64,000 nucleotides of DNA from an uncultured Gammaproteobacteria bacterium (GTDB lineage: Bacteria; Pseudomonadota; Gammaproteobacteria; SZUA-229), in NCBI GenBank assembly GCA_963924875.1, contig CAWUSX010000036.1, positions 31,129 through 95,128 of the forward strand, read 5' to 3'. Position numbers and translations under genes: made by a program. Under the pieces are notes generated by a model. The model was not told the DNA's origin, made no database searches, and worked only from the letters and a program-made list of their open reading frames with translations. Below, piece by piece: positions 37,667 through 49,165 of this stretch; within the stretch, counting starts at the first letter, position 1, and each line of letters starts with the position of its first letter.

Positions 37667-38986
37667 CTATTGCAGTGGTAAGCTTACTTCTGCTTTAAAG
37701 CCGCCGAGATCCGTAGACTGTTTAAACTGGATACTGCCGTTGTAGTCTGTGACAACGTCTGTCGCTATCGCCAAACCAAAACCATGTCCCTGAATTTTTT
37801 CGTCGAGGCGAATGCCTCTTTTTGAAAGCTCATTTATTTTTTGTGGATCGGCTCCCGGGCCATCATCTTCAATGCAGATATGAAGTTGAGCATTTATATT
37901 TACACTCAGAGTAATATTTTTTTCCGCCCACTTATAGGCGTTATCCAGTAAGTTACCAAGCAATTCCAGCATGTCTTCACGATCGACCGGGCAGGTAATA
38001 TTCTCCGGGATGTTTGTCGTTAACTGTAGTGGCTTATTGGTATACATCATATCTAGCGTTTTAATCAGCGAGGGAAGATCGTCCGGAAAAGAAAATAACG
38101 CACCCGTGTGGCTTGGGCCCGCCAGCCTTGCGCGTTTAAGTATGCGATCTGTTAACTGATAAATATCATCAGACTGATTTATTAAAGTGGTTTTTGTCGC
38201 ATCGGGAATATCACTTTTATGTGTTATCTGCTGAATGACGGTTAAGGGTTTTTTTATGGCGTGCGCCAGATCACTCAGGGCATCGCGCGAACGACGTAGA
38301 CGTTTTTTTGTTATCGTTAGTAGATGATTTACTTCATTGATTAATGGGCGTAATTCATCGGGGGCATTTGTGCTGAGTTTATCTAGCTGCCCCTGTTGTA
38401 ATGATTTAAGTTCATCATGTACTTTGTTGAGTGGTTGCAAACTGAGGCGGAGGATAAATACCTGCAAAATAACCAGAGCTAATAACAGACCGAAGGCGAT
38501 ACCAGCAAACCAGTACTGAAACTGCTGGATGTTTTTATTAATGGGGTTGAGATCTTCGGCGACCGTAATAGTTAGTGGTTGCCCGTGTTTTTTGTAACCA
38601 ATAGATACAAGTAATAAAGTTTGCTTCTCGGGCCCTTGCTGCAGGGTATTAATTTGTTGGCCCGTATTAAGGCTTACAGTATTTAATTCTGCATCCCATA
38701 AAGAACGCGAATTCATCGATTGTTTTCTGCTGGAGATTAAATAATAGTGGCCGGAAAATGGTTGATCGTAGATTGCATCAATATGTGTTGTATCGATGGT
38801 TAACTTATCCTCGGTGTCGAAACTCGTTGAACTGAGTAATGTCGCGGCATCATGCTTAAGGCGTGATGCAATATAATCCTCTGCGACAAATTGAAGGTTA
38901 TAACTGACGAGTAACCACAGCGCAGAAAAGGCGATGATTAAACTGAGCAACAATCCGCTACTGAGTTTTGACTGAATGGAACGCAT
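37667..38986 (-). CDS. Two-component sensor histidine kinase (two TM segments, HAMP-like region, HisKA, HATPase)
   Basis: 439-aa ORF. It has the H-box LSDLAHAIKKPL, the N-box LLDNAYKW, and the G-boxes DDGPG and GHGFGLAI. Its start overlaps the regulator stop. Confidence 0.85.
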   Translation of the reverse strand: MRSIQSKLSSGLLLSLIIAFSALWLLVSYNLQFVAEDYIASRLKHDAATLLSSTSFDTEDKLTIDTTHIDAIYDQPFSGHYYLISSRKQSMNSRSLWDAELNTVSLNTGQQINTLQQGPEKQTLLLVSIGYKKHGQPLTITVAEDLNPINKNIQQFQYWFAGIAFGLLLALVILQVFILRLSLQPLNKVHDELKSLQQGQLDKLSTNAPDELRPLINEVNHLLTITKKRLRRSRDALSDLAHAIKKPLTVIQQITHKSDIPDATKTTLINQSDDIYQLTDRILKRARLAGPSHTGALFSFPDDLPSLIKTLDMMYTNKPLQLTTNIPENITCPVDREDMLELLGNLLDNAYKWAEKNITLSVNINAQLHICIEDDGPGADPQKINELSKRGIRLDEKIQGHGFGLAIATDVVTDYNGSIQFKQSTDLGGFKAEVSLPLQ

Positions 38987-39651
38987 CAGTTGTTATTCCT
39001 GAACACGTATCCCTGTCCGCGTCTGGTTTCTATGCGATCATTACCTACGATATGACGTAAACGTCTGACATAAACCTCGATAACATTGCTGTCCTTTTCT
39101 GAGTCGAAGTCATAAATATGTTCAGTAAGACGAGACTTGGATAAAACCTTTTCCGCATGTAATAAAAAATAACGTAATAGACGAAATTCGATACCGGTTA
39201 GTTTATGTTGCTGGCCATCTGCGGTGGTGACTGTCTGTTGTTCTTCATCCAGAGATAAACCGATTGCGTTTAGTGTTCCACCCGGTTGCTGGATTGAGCG
39301 ATGCATTAAAGCGGTAATTCTTGCTAGCAGCTCTTCGACATGGAATGGCTTACCCAGGTAATCATCTGCACCGGCCTTAAAACCATCAACACGTTCATGC
39401 CATGCATTACGCGCGGTGAGTACAATTACCGGTAGGTGATTGGCATTGCTTCGCCAGTTTTTTAAAACCTCTATGCCACTGCGTTGCGGCAAACCAAGAT
39501 CGAGCACGGCGACATCATAAATCATCTCGTTGCCAAGGTATTCGGCATCGACGCCATTGTCGGCTACATCCACGGCATAACCCGCGGACTGTAAATCTTT
39601 TTTAAGAGTATCGACAAGATCCCTGTCGTCCTCGGCTAGCAGCAGGCGCAT
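38986..39651 (-). CDS. OmpR/PhoB-family response regulator
   Basis: 221-aa ORF with a REC domain (MRLLLAEDD, DVAVLDLGLP, KPF) and a winged-helix output (GYVF). Confidence 0.9.
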   Translation of the reverse strand: MRLLLAEDDRDLVDTLKKDLQSAGYAVDVADNGVDAEYLGNEMIYDVAVLDLGLPQRSGIEVLKNWRSNANHLPVIVLTARNAWHERVDGFKAGADDYLGKPFHVEELLARITALMHRSIQQPGGTLNAIGLSLDEEQQTVTTADGQQHKLTGIEFRLLRYFLLHAEKVLSKSRLTEHIYDFDSEKDSNVIEVYVRRLRHIVGNDRIETRRGQGYVFRNNN

Positions 39652-39653
39652 GC

Positions 39654-39968
39654 CTAGTCATCCTCCTTGCTAGACAATACCTTGCCGGTTCTGGCATTTA
39701 TATAAATCTCCCTAACGACATTATCATCACCCAGTACCTCCACTTCGTAGACAATCTCGTTGTCTTCGCTTTCAAGTTGAACTTCGAGAATGCTACCGGG
39801 AAATTTTTGCCTAACGTTTTTGAGAATAGCTTCCAGTGGCAGGATTTCACCTGCCTCGAGTAAGCGCCTTGCCTCAATATGATCATTATCGGCCAATGTT
39901 ATATGTGGCAGACCGAAGAGCATAAAAGCTACCAGCAAGGCATAAAACTTGTGTGATTTAATATTCAT
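39654..39968 (-). CDS. PepSY domain-containing periplasmic protein
   Basis: The tracked ORF starts at 39986. The start MNIKSHKFYALLVAF... at 39968 gives a signal peptide. The C-terminal half matches the PepSY pattern (ILEVQLE....YEVEVL......EIYINARTGKVL). Confidence 0.75.
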   Translation of the reverse strand: MNIKSHKFYALLVAFMLFGLPHITLADNDHIEARRLLEAGEILPLEAILKNVRQKFPGSILEVQLESEDNEIVYEVEVLGDDNVVREIYINARTGKVLSSKEDD

Positions 39969-39993
39969 TGTTCGATTATATACCAATCATTGA

Positions 39994-40557
39994 TTAATCA
40001 TCCCATCGACCGTACCCAGGTATACGTATATCGTGTTCATTAAATGAACCCTTCTCGGCTTTTGCATGACAGGCATTGCACTGGCTAAAGCTCCTTACTT
40101 TAGGATTGGCGGATACCAGACGATCAGGGACTTCGTCATGTTTGTGCCTGAAGTATGGCGTAGCGGTTATGCGCACGGGTACATCACCAGATTTAATGGA
40201 GTTATTGAATTTAATTGAACGACGATAAGCGGATTTGTCGGCGCTGTTGCTTAGCAGGTATTCACTGATGGACTTAGATACCTCGGCATCAAGCTCGGCG
40301 TTGTCGCCAAAATGATTATCAAGTTGTGACATTAGCTTGCTCCAGGATTTTGCCGGTAATAAACCCGCAGGATAAGCCATATGGCAACTGCCACATTCCT
40401 CTTTGTAAAGCGGACTGTCTATCACGGCGACCCCCGATGATTTATGTTTGTATTCATCCATTTCGCCCCAGCTAAAATCATTATCGCCCCAGACTATAGG
40501 GAGTGTAACAATTCCGATAGTGAAGATAACAGCGGTTATTGCGAGTGTGCTTTTCAT
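39994..40557 (-). CDS. Diheme cytochrome c (DHC family)
   Basis: 187-aa ORF with a signal peptide and two CxxCH heme sites (CGSCH and CNACH). Confidence 0.8.
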   Translation of the reverse strand: MKSTLAITAVIFTIGIVTLPIVWGDNDFSWGEMDEYKHKSSGVAVIDSPLYKEECGSCHMAYPAGLLPAKSWSKLMSQLDNHFGDNAELDAEVSKSISEYLLSNSADKSAYRRSIKFNNSIKSGDVPVRITATPYFRHKHDEVPDRLVSANPKVRSFSQCNACHAKAEKGSFNEHDIRIPGYGRWDD

Positions 40558-40567
40558 ATTCTTACTC

Positions 40568-40984
40568 CTAAAAGGTGCTTGTCTTGTTTAAATAAACTAA
40601 AAGGTTGGCCTTTTCCTGAGCGCTGCATTCACGATTCATTGTCCACAGGCAATTTCGTTTAAACCATTTTTCAACCTTTTTGCTATCGGTAAAGCGTTGA
40701 GCATTGCTCGATGGCGACATCGGTTTTATTTGCTTGCCGGTTTTAACGTGCTTGCCAACAGCGGTTAAATCTTTTGTATGGCAGGAAGTGCAACTGCGAG
40801 TGGAAAATTCGCCATCGTAGTTAAATGTTTTTTTCCACAGCTGCTCCCCCTGTTTTTCGTCAGGGGTGGTGGCATTCTGGCTGGCGTAATTCTGTAACAG
40901 CTTGTTTACTGTTTTACTGTCGGCCTGAGCAACGGCCGATGACAGGCTGATTATTAATGCAGCATACAGAGTCAGGGTTTTCAT
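40568..40984 (-). CDS. Monoheme cytochrome c, DUF1924 / SHP-like
   Basis: 138-aa ORF with a signal peptide and a single CTSCH site. As I recall them, the C-terminal RFTDSKKVEKWFKRNC...C..QEKANLL pattern resembles Sphaeroides-heme-protein-type cytochromes. Confidence 0.7.
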   Translation of the reverse strand: MKTLTLYAALIISLSSAVAQADSKTVNKLLQNYASQNATTPDEKQGEQLWKKTFNYDGEFSTRSCTSCHTKDLTAVGKHVKTGKQIKPMSPSSNAQRFTDSKKVEKWFKRNCLWTMNRECSAQEKANLLVYLNKTSTF

Positions 40985-41574
40985 AACTTCTCCTCGATAC
41001 TATTATTTTTTGCGGGCTTAAAGCCGGTTATCATGGCAGACACCAGGTTCTCTTTATGAATAAGGCTTTCCACGAGCACGCCGAACACATGCACAACCAC
41101 CAGTAGCAGGGTAAAGTTGGCAAAGAACTCATGTATTTCTTCAAGTGCATCACCCCAAAAACCAACGGGCTGCGTAAACCAGTACGCAACGGGGCCGGCC
41201 TGTTCTTCTGCACCTAACAGCAAAATACCGCTGCTTGTTGTCATTAACAGACTGAATATCAGCAAGATCACCATGGCACCACCCGCCGGATTATGACCAA
41301 GGTAGCGTTTGGCTCGAAGGTGCAGGGTGTCCTTTAAAAACTGCATAATATTTTTTGGGGAATAAACAAAATTCGAAAAGCGCGCATAGCGGGTACCGAT
41401 AAATCCCCAGGCCAATCGAATGACCAGTAGTGAAAAAATAAGATAACCCGCCCAGCTGTGTACCGCTAAAAAATCGTCCTCGGTAAAGTAGGCAATAAAA
41501 AATGCGCTGGCCAGGGACCAGTGGAAAAAACGAACGAACGGATCCCAGACCCTGATTTCAGATGATTTAGTCAT
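40981..41574 (-). CDS. Cytochrome b561-type (Ni_hydr_CYTB family) membrane cytochrome b
   Basis: 197-aa ORF with four TM helices and conserved His residues (FFHWS, VHSWAGY, GHNP, VVVHVFGV). Its stop overlaps the next gene by 4 nt. Confidence 0.8.
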   Translation of the reverse strand: MTKSSEIRVWDPFVRFFHWSLASAFFIAYFTEDDFLAVHSWAGYLIFSLLVIRLAWGFIGTRYARFSNFVYSPKNIMQFLKDTLHLRAKRYLGHNPAGGAMVILLIFSLLMTTSSGILLLGAEEQAGPVAYWFTQPVGFWGDALEEIHEFFANFTLLLVVVHVFGVLVESLIHKENLVSAMITGFKPAKNNSIEEKL

Positions 41575-41854
41575 GATATTTAAACCTTCAGTAATAAGCT
41601 GACTTTAAGGTATCAGTAGAAGCTGAAATCAAACTGAAAATTGTGTGAAAGAATTAAGATAAAATACTGAGTGAATCAAAAGGGGGAGAGTAATGTGGCT
41701 AATATGGGAATAATTAAAGAAAAACTTTTTAGGCGTATTAATTTAATTAATGGTAATCAATCGAGTCTGGCCTTATTTGTTCTGTGTCATTTGGGTTAAA
41801 TAATTATGTGCAAGTGCGGCATACTAAAATCCTAATATAGAATGCCTATTTATT

Positions 41855-43138
41855 TTATTTAACAGTGACTCTTTGCTCTAAGTTGTTAGGAGCGACAAAA
41901 TAATAACGCTTTCCTTGTTTGGTCTTTACTAATAATTTCAGTTTATCTGACATGTATAACAAGTCTTTTCTCGCCACATCATACGATATTCCATGTGATC
42001 GTTGATGCTCCTGTATTACATAGCTAAAACGTGGATGTTTAAGCGCATGACGCAACAATGCCAACTGACGAAAGTTCAGCTTCCCACTCAATCTCGGATT
42101 ATCAATTAATAAACGCTCGGCTTCATTTACGCCCGTCATTTTCTCATCCAGAAATACGTGCAAGTCATCAACGGCTTGATGAATAGCTTCCAGTTGATGT
42201 ATCAAAAAATACGTTAGATCATTATCATCTGTTTCAGTATAAAGAAATGCCTTTCCATACTGCACAGGCGCTTTCTTAATAACCCTGGAGATAGATACAA
42301 ACTCCATCAGCCAATAGCCCTGCTTTGCCATTGCCCAATAGAATAATGCTCTAGCAGTACGTCCATTGCCGTCACAAAAAGGGTGGTCATATGCCAGCAT
42401 AAAATGCAGAATTATTGCTTTAAGTACCGGATGTAAAAACACTTCATCCGTTTCGCTACTTATTTCTTTATTAGAAAAGTCACAAAGTACCTGTAGTCGA
42501 TCTTCTAATTCATCTGCATTTGGAGGTGTATGAAGAAATTTTTGAGTTGCGCTATCCACTACTTGAATATCATCAGCGGCGGTACGAAAACCTCCAGCTT
42601 CATTTTCATCAAGCGTTTTACGCATCAATATATGATGCAATTCAAATACAATTGAGGGCGTTAAATCTTCATTCTTCATTTCCCGAATAAACTGCATCGC
42701 TTGATAGTTATTCAGAATCATTTGCTCGCTTTTATCTTTTGGATCTCGATCCTGGCGTATCATTTCCTTGGCAACATCACGTGTCGTCGAAGCGCCTTCT
42801 AACTGGCTTGAATTAATTGCTTCTTCAATCAATGAGCGAATTAAATATGTATTTCGAGTTTGCGAATTGGTAATAGCATCACTAGATTGTATATTGCCAG
42901 CTGCATAGCGATCGAGCCAATGCAACTCACGCCAGACTTGATCTGGCACAGCATACTGAAATGGCGTACGATACTTATTCGATAATGGTAATTGCTTATA
43001 TATGCTTCTGCGCGCCGTTTTAAGGCAGAACCACCACTCTTCATTATTATTTAAATTTTTATCTTCCAGAGGCAAATGTCGAAGCTTATCCCAGTGTAAA
43101 TAACGCCCCTTAGAGTCTACGGGGCTATTGTTATTCAT
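41855..43138 (-). CDS. Fic-family protein (AMPylase-type), class II with an N-terminal inhibitory motif
   Basis: 427-aa ORF with the canonical active site HPFCDGNGRTAR. The (S/T)xxxE(G/N) inhibitory motif SSQLEG lies upstream in the same protein. The C-terminus looks like a wHTH. Confidence 0.88.
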   Translation of the reverse strand: MNNNSPVDSKGRYLHWDKLRHLPLEDKNLNNNEEWWFCLKTARRSIYKQLPLSNKYRTPFQYAVPDQVWRELHWLDRYAAGNIQSSDAITNSQTRNTYLIRSLIEEAINSSQLEGASTTRDVAKEMIRQDRDPKDKSEQMILNNYQAMQFIREMKNEDLTPSIVFELHHILMRKTLDENEAGGFRTAADDIQVVDSATQKFLHTPPNADELEDRLQVLCDFSNKEISSETDEVFLHPVLKAIILHFMLAYDHPFCDGNGRTARALFYWAMAKQGYWLMEFVSISRVIKKAPVQYGKAFLYTETDDNDLTYFLIHQLEAIHQAVDDLHVFLDEKMTGVNEAERLLIDNPRLSGKLNFRQLALLRHALKHPRFSYVIQEHQRSHGISYDVARKDLLYMSDKLKLLVKTKQGKRYYFVAPNNLEQRVTVK

Positions 43139-43335
43139 AAGCCGAAAAAAAAATCTGTTCCTCTCTCCATAATGGAGGTAAAAAGAGCATCAAAATTTGG
43201 TGGTGAGACTGGTATTTGCATTCTTTTATTTTCTTTAAAAACAATCAGTTAGATAGGTTGTTGGAAATAATATGCTTGATTTTTAAAAACAAGTATAACA
43301 GATAGAGGCAATGCTGTTAATTGTAAATGTAACAA

Positions 43336-43352
43336 CACTGCTGTCCCGTTAA
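43336..43352 (+). repeat. Left terminal inverted repeat of the IS element
   Basis: It is the exact reverse complement of 44594-44610. Confidence 0.85.
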
Positions 43353-43373
43353 GAACTAAATAAGGTAGGTCTG

Positions 43374-44591
43374 GTGACCTCAATATTTGTTACAATGAAA
43401 TCACGACAAGTCATTGAAAAACAAAAAGGAAACCAGACCTTGAGTCACCATAATACTGTATTTTCCCAATTACTTAAACTGATACCGAGACATGAATTCG
43501 AAACGCTTGCAAATAAGCATCACAGTGGTCGATCTTTTCGAACGGCTTCTCGGTGGTCCCAATTTGTGTGCATGACTTTGGCTCAGTTGTCAGGCAGAAA
43601 TAGCTTACGAGATATTGTTGATAATATGTCTGCTCAAGCTCATCGACTTTATCATTTAGGCGCATCAAAACTGACTCGTTCAAACTTATCTCGAATCAAT
43701 GAAGACAAGCCTTATGTTTTATATGAAGCTTTATTTTCAAAGATGTTGAGTCGTTGTCAACACCTTGCACCTAAGCATGGATTTAGATTTAAAAACCCAT
43801 TGTATTCACTCGATGCGTCAACAGTTGATCTCTGCTTATCTGTATTTCCTTGGGCTGATTTTAGAGCAACCAAAGGCGCGATAAAATTACATGTGGGTTT
43901 AAATCATAACGGATATCTTCCAGAATTTGTGACGATTACAGAAGGTAAAAAACACGATGTAACCGAAGGTCGAGTACTCCATTTCCCTAAGGGCAGTATC
44001 GTGGCTATCGATAAAGGCTATAACGACTATGGGTGGTATAAGCAATTGACAGATAAAGGAATATTTTTTGTTACTCGACTTAAGAGTAATGCAAAATATC
44101 GTGTTATTAAGCGTGAGAAAGTTTTAAAAAACAAAGGCATCAGCTGCGATCAAATCATTGAATTTACCGGTACACAAACACGAAATAAGTGTCCAATTCA
44201 ACTTCGTCGAATTGGCTATAAAGATGCGGTTAGCGGTAAGAAGTATATCTTCTTAAGCAATAATTTAAAGCTATCAGCAAGAACCATCGCTGATATTTAC
44301 AAAGCACGTTGGCAGGTCGAATTGTTTTTCAAATGGATAAAACAAAACTTAAAAATTAAGTCGTTTGTAGGGACGAGTAAAAATGCAGTATTAACTCAAA
44401 TATGGATCGCGCTGTGTATATACTTATTGCTTGCGTATATAAAATTTACGTCAAAGTTGAATAAAAGCATGCAACAAATATTACGATTGTTGCAGCTCAA
44501 TCTGTTTGATAAACGTGATTTATTAATGCTACTCAGATCCGAACCAGTGGAGAGGTCGTCACTCCATGAAAATCAGATGGCTCTGTTGTAA
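43374..44591 (+). CDS. IS4-family DDE transposase (DUF4372 N-terminus plus DDE_Tnp_1)
   Basis: 405-aa ORF from a GTG start; an alternative ATG lies at 43395. The N-terminal TVFSQLLKLIPRHEFE....SGRSFRT region and the C-terminal YK.RWQVELFFKWIKQ motif are typical of this transposase group. Confidence 0.88.
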   Translation: MTSIFVTMKSRQVIEKQKGNQTLSHHNTVFSQLLKLIPRHEFETLANKHHSGRSFRTASRWSQFVCMTLAQLSGRNSLRDIVDNMSAQAHRLYHLGASKLTRSNLSRINEDKPYVLYEALFSKMLSRCQHLAPKHGFRFKNPLYSLDASTVDLCLSVFPWADFRATKGAIKLHVGLNHNGYLPEFVTITEGKKHDVTEGRVLHFPKGSIVAIDKGYNDYGWYKQLTDKGIFFVTRLKSNAKYRVIKREKVLKNKGISCDQIIEFTGTQTRNKCPIQLRRIGYKDAVSGKKYIFLSNNLKLSARTIADIYKARWQVELFFKWIKQNLKIKSFVGTSKNAVLTQIWIALCIYLLLAYIKFTSKLNKSMQQILRLLQLNLFDKRDLLMLLRSEPVERSSLHENQMALL

Positions 44592-44593
44592 AG

Positions 44594-44610
44594 TTAACGG
44601 GACAGCAGTG
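44594..44610 (+). repeat. Right terminal inverted repeat of the IS element
   Basis: It is the exact reverse complement of 43336-43352. Confidence 0.85.
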
Positions 44611-44966
44611 AGTTTACACATAAACGTGAAAAATCATTTGATGAAGAACTGCAACGCTGGATTGAATCGGGACAAATAAATTTCGAATCGGATCAAAATC
44701 TCGCAAGTAATATTGGTGATGAAGACGCCTTGCCAGAAAACTGTTTAGCAATAGAGAGCCCCGTCGCAGGTAGTGTGTGGAAAATGCTGGTTAAGCCCGG
44801 CGATGTGCTTGAAGAAAATCAGCCGATGGCGATTCTTGAATCGATGAAAATGGAAATAGAAATCGTTGCGCCACACGCTGGTACGGTTTATGCCATTAGT
44901 CGAGAGGAAGGCCAGCAAGTCAACGCAGGTCAGCCATTGCTGGTTCTACAGGAAAAACAGAATTAA
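44611..44966 (+). pseudogene. uca: Urea carboxylase, C-terminal remnant (about 118 codons, biotinyl domain only), truncated by the IS
   Basis: The reading frame is open from the IS end onward: FTHKREKSFDEELQRWIESGQ...ESPVAGSVWKMLVKPGD......ILESMKMEIEI. It keeps the biotin attachment motif MKM but has no carboxylase body upstream. The tracked ORF 44730-44966 is the tail of this frame. Confidence 0.75.
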
Positions 44967-44977
44967 AGAGATAGATT

Positions 44978-46777
44978 ATGAATTTAACTATAAGTTATTT
45001 GCATCAGGCATATGAAAATAAAAGCCTGACACCGCGAAAATTAATTGAACATATTTTGTATCGTTGTGATGAGTTTGCAGAACATAATATATGGATTCAT
45101 CAATTGACAGCGGATGAGATCGAACCCTATTTAAAAAATTTAGAAAATAGCAATATTGATGAATTACCTCTGTATGGTGTGCCCTTTGCTATAAAAGACA
45201 ATATTGATCTGGCCGGTATACCAACCACGGCAGCATGCTCGACATTCGAATATATACCAGATAAATCGGCCTTTGTTGTTAAACAGTTAATTAAGGCGGG
45301 TGCGATTCCTATTGGTAAAACCAATCTGGATCAGTTTGCTACAGGCCTGGTGGGTACGCGTTCACCAGAGCCATGGGGCGCCTGTAAAAATTCCTTTAAT
45401 AAAAAATATATTTCAGGTGGCTCCAGTGCGGGATCTTCTGTTTCTGTTGCACTGGGTCTGGCGAGTTTTTCATTAGGTACAGATACAGCAGGTTCTGGAA
45501 GGGTGCCGGCGGCATTTAATAATCTGGTTGGTTTAAAGCCATCCAAGGGCTTACTTAGCATGAGCGGAGTCGTTCCTGCGTGCCGCAGTTTGGATTGTGT
45601 AAGTATCTTTGCCTTAACAACGGATGATGCCAATGCAGTGCTTGAGCAGGCCGCGATATACGATGAAGATGATCAGTATGCCAGAGAAAATCCATTTGAT
45701 AATAATTTACGTCACTATGGAATGCCGAATGAAGGCTTCACATTTGCCGTGCCAAAAGCGGATCAGTTAGCTTTTTTTGGTAATGATTCCGCACAGGCCT
45801 TGTTTGAAAAAAGTGTTGAGCAGATGCAGACATTAGGTGGAACTAAAAAAGAAATAGATTTTGGTGTGTTTTTACAGGCAGCAAAACTACTCTATGAAGG
45901 CCCATGGGTGGCAGAGCGTTATGTGGCTATTGAAGATATTATTCAACAGCATCCAGATGACTTATTGCCGGTTATTAAAACCATTATTGGCAGCGCTGAA
46001 AATAAAACTGCAATGGATGCATTTAAAGCAGAATACCAAATGCAGGTGTACCGTACCCAATCAAAGAAAATACTCGCCGAGTTCGATTTTCTGTTAACGC
46101 CAACGGTGGGTACTATTTATACCATTGATGAAGTAAATGCCGACCCCATAGTAAAAAATAGTAATTTGGGTTATTACACAAATTATATGAACCTACTGGA
46201 TTGTGCTTGTGTAGCTGTGCCGGCAGGATTTCTAGATAATGGTTTGCCGTGGGGTATTAGTCTGGTGAGTGTAGCGATGACAGACAGAAAGCTGTTAGCC
46301 TATTCCAATAAGTGGCAGCAGCAGTTAAAAATAAAGCCGGGAAATGTGGATATTGACTTGCCCGAATCTAAGGTAAGTGACGTTGTATTTGCAGACACTA
46401 TTCCAGTGATAGTGTGTGGTGCGCATTTAGATGGGCTACCACTAAACTGGCAATTAGTAGAACGTGGCGCAACTCTTGCGGAAGTAACAAGCACAAGCAA
46501 TGCATATAAAATGTATGTTATCGATGGAAGCCAGCAACGTCCTGGCTTAATTCGTGACGAAGATGATGGCAGTGCGATGAGTATTGAAATTTGGCAAATA
46601 CCCAAGGCCGAGTTTGGTAGTTTTGTTGCAGGTATACCGTCTCCCCTGGGTATAGGTAAAGTTGAAACGAGTGATGGACGATGGTTGCCAGGCTTTATCT
46701 GTGAAGGGTATGCTGTGCAGGGAGCAACAGAAATTACAGGTCTGGGTGGTTGGCGGCAGTATATGGCGTCTTATTGA
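44978..46777 (+). CDS. atzF: Allophanate hydrolase (amidase signature family)
   Basis: 599-aa ORF with the amidase signature GGSSAGS....GTDTAGSGR and the C-terminal allophanate-hydrolase domain. It lies directly downstream of the urea carboxylase remnant. Confidence 0.85.
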   Translation: MNLTISYLHQAYENKSLTPRKLIEHILYRCDEFAEHNIWIHQLTADEIEPYLKNLENSNIDELPLYGVPFAIKDNIDLAGIPTTAACSTFEYIPDKSAFVVKQLIKAGAIPIGKTNLDQFATGLVGTRSPEPWGACKNSFNKKYISGGSSAGSSVSVALGLASFSLGTDTAGSGRVPAAFNNLVGLKPSKGLLSMSGVVPACRSLDCVSIFALTTDDANAVLEQAAIYDEDDQYARENPFDNNLRHYGMPNEGFTFAVPKADQLAFFGNDSAQALFEKSVEQMQTLGGTKKEIDFGVFLQAAKLLYEGPWVAERYVAIEDIIQQHPDDLLPVIKTIIGSAENKTAMDAFKAEYQMQVYRTQSKKILAEFDFLLTPTVGTIYTIDEVNADPIVKNSNLGYYTNYMNLLDCACVAVPAGFLDNGLPWGISLVSVAMTDRKLLAYSNKWQQQLKIKPGNVDIDLPESKVSDVVFADTIPVIVCGAHLDGLPLNWQLVERGATLAEVTSTSNAYKMYVIDGSQQRPGLIRDEDDGSAMSIEIWQIPKAEFGSFVAGIPSPLGIGKVETSDGRWLPGFICEGYAVQGATEITGLGGWRQYMASY

Positions 46778-46872
46778 GCTGATATAGGGTTAAGAATGAT
46801 TAGCAAGTGAAACCAATAGCAATCTAAAATATAATAGCGCACCTGAATTCACGATACTAAATCTATACATAG

Positions 46873-49104
<2,232 letters not shown>

Positions 49105-49113
49105 AAGTATTTA

Positions 49114-49165
49114 TTTAGATGTGTATGATATTTTATTAATATCGTGCGCATCTAAACTGCTTTTT
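49114..49165. terminator. Compound hairpin between the convergent icd and comM genes
   Basis: The outer stem is TTTAGATG...CATCTAAA (8 bp). It encloses the inner stem GATATT-TTATT-AATATC (6 bp). On the plus strand the hairpin is followed by CTGCTTTTT. Confidence 0.5.

Larger units (their letters stand above)
43336..44610 (+). mobile_element. IS4-family insertion sequence (1275 bp)
   Basis: It is bounded by perfect 17-bp terminal inverted repeats: CACTGCTGTCCCGTTAA (43336-43352) and TTAACGGGACAGCAGTG (44594-44610). It contains a single DDE transposase ORF. No flanking direct repeat is visible. Confidence 0.88.
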
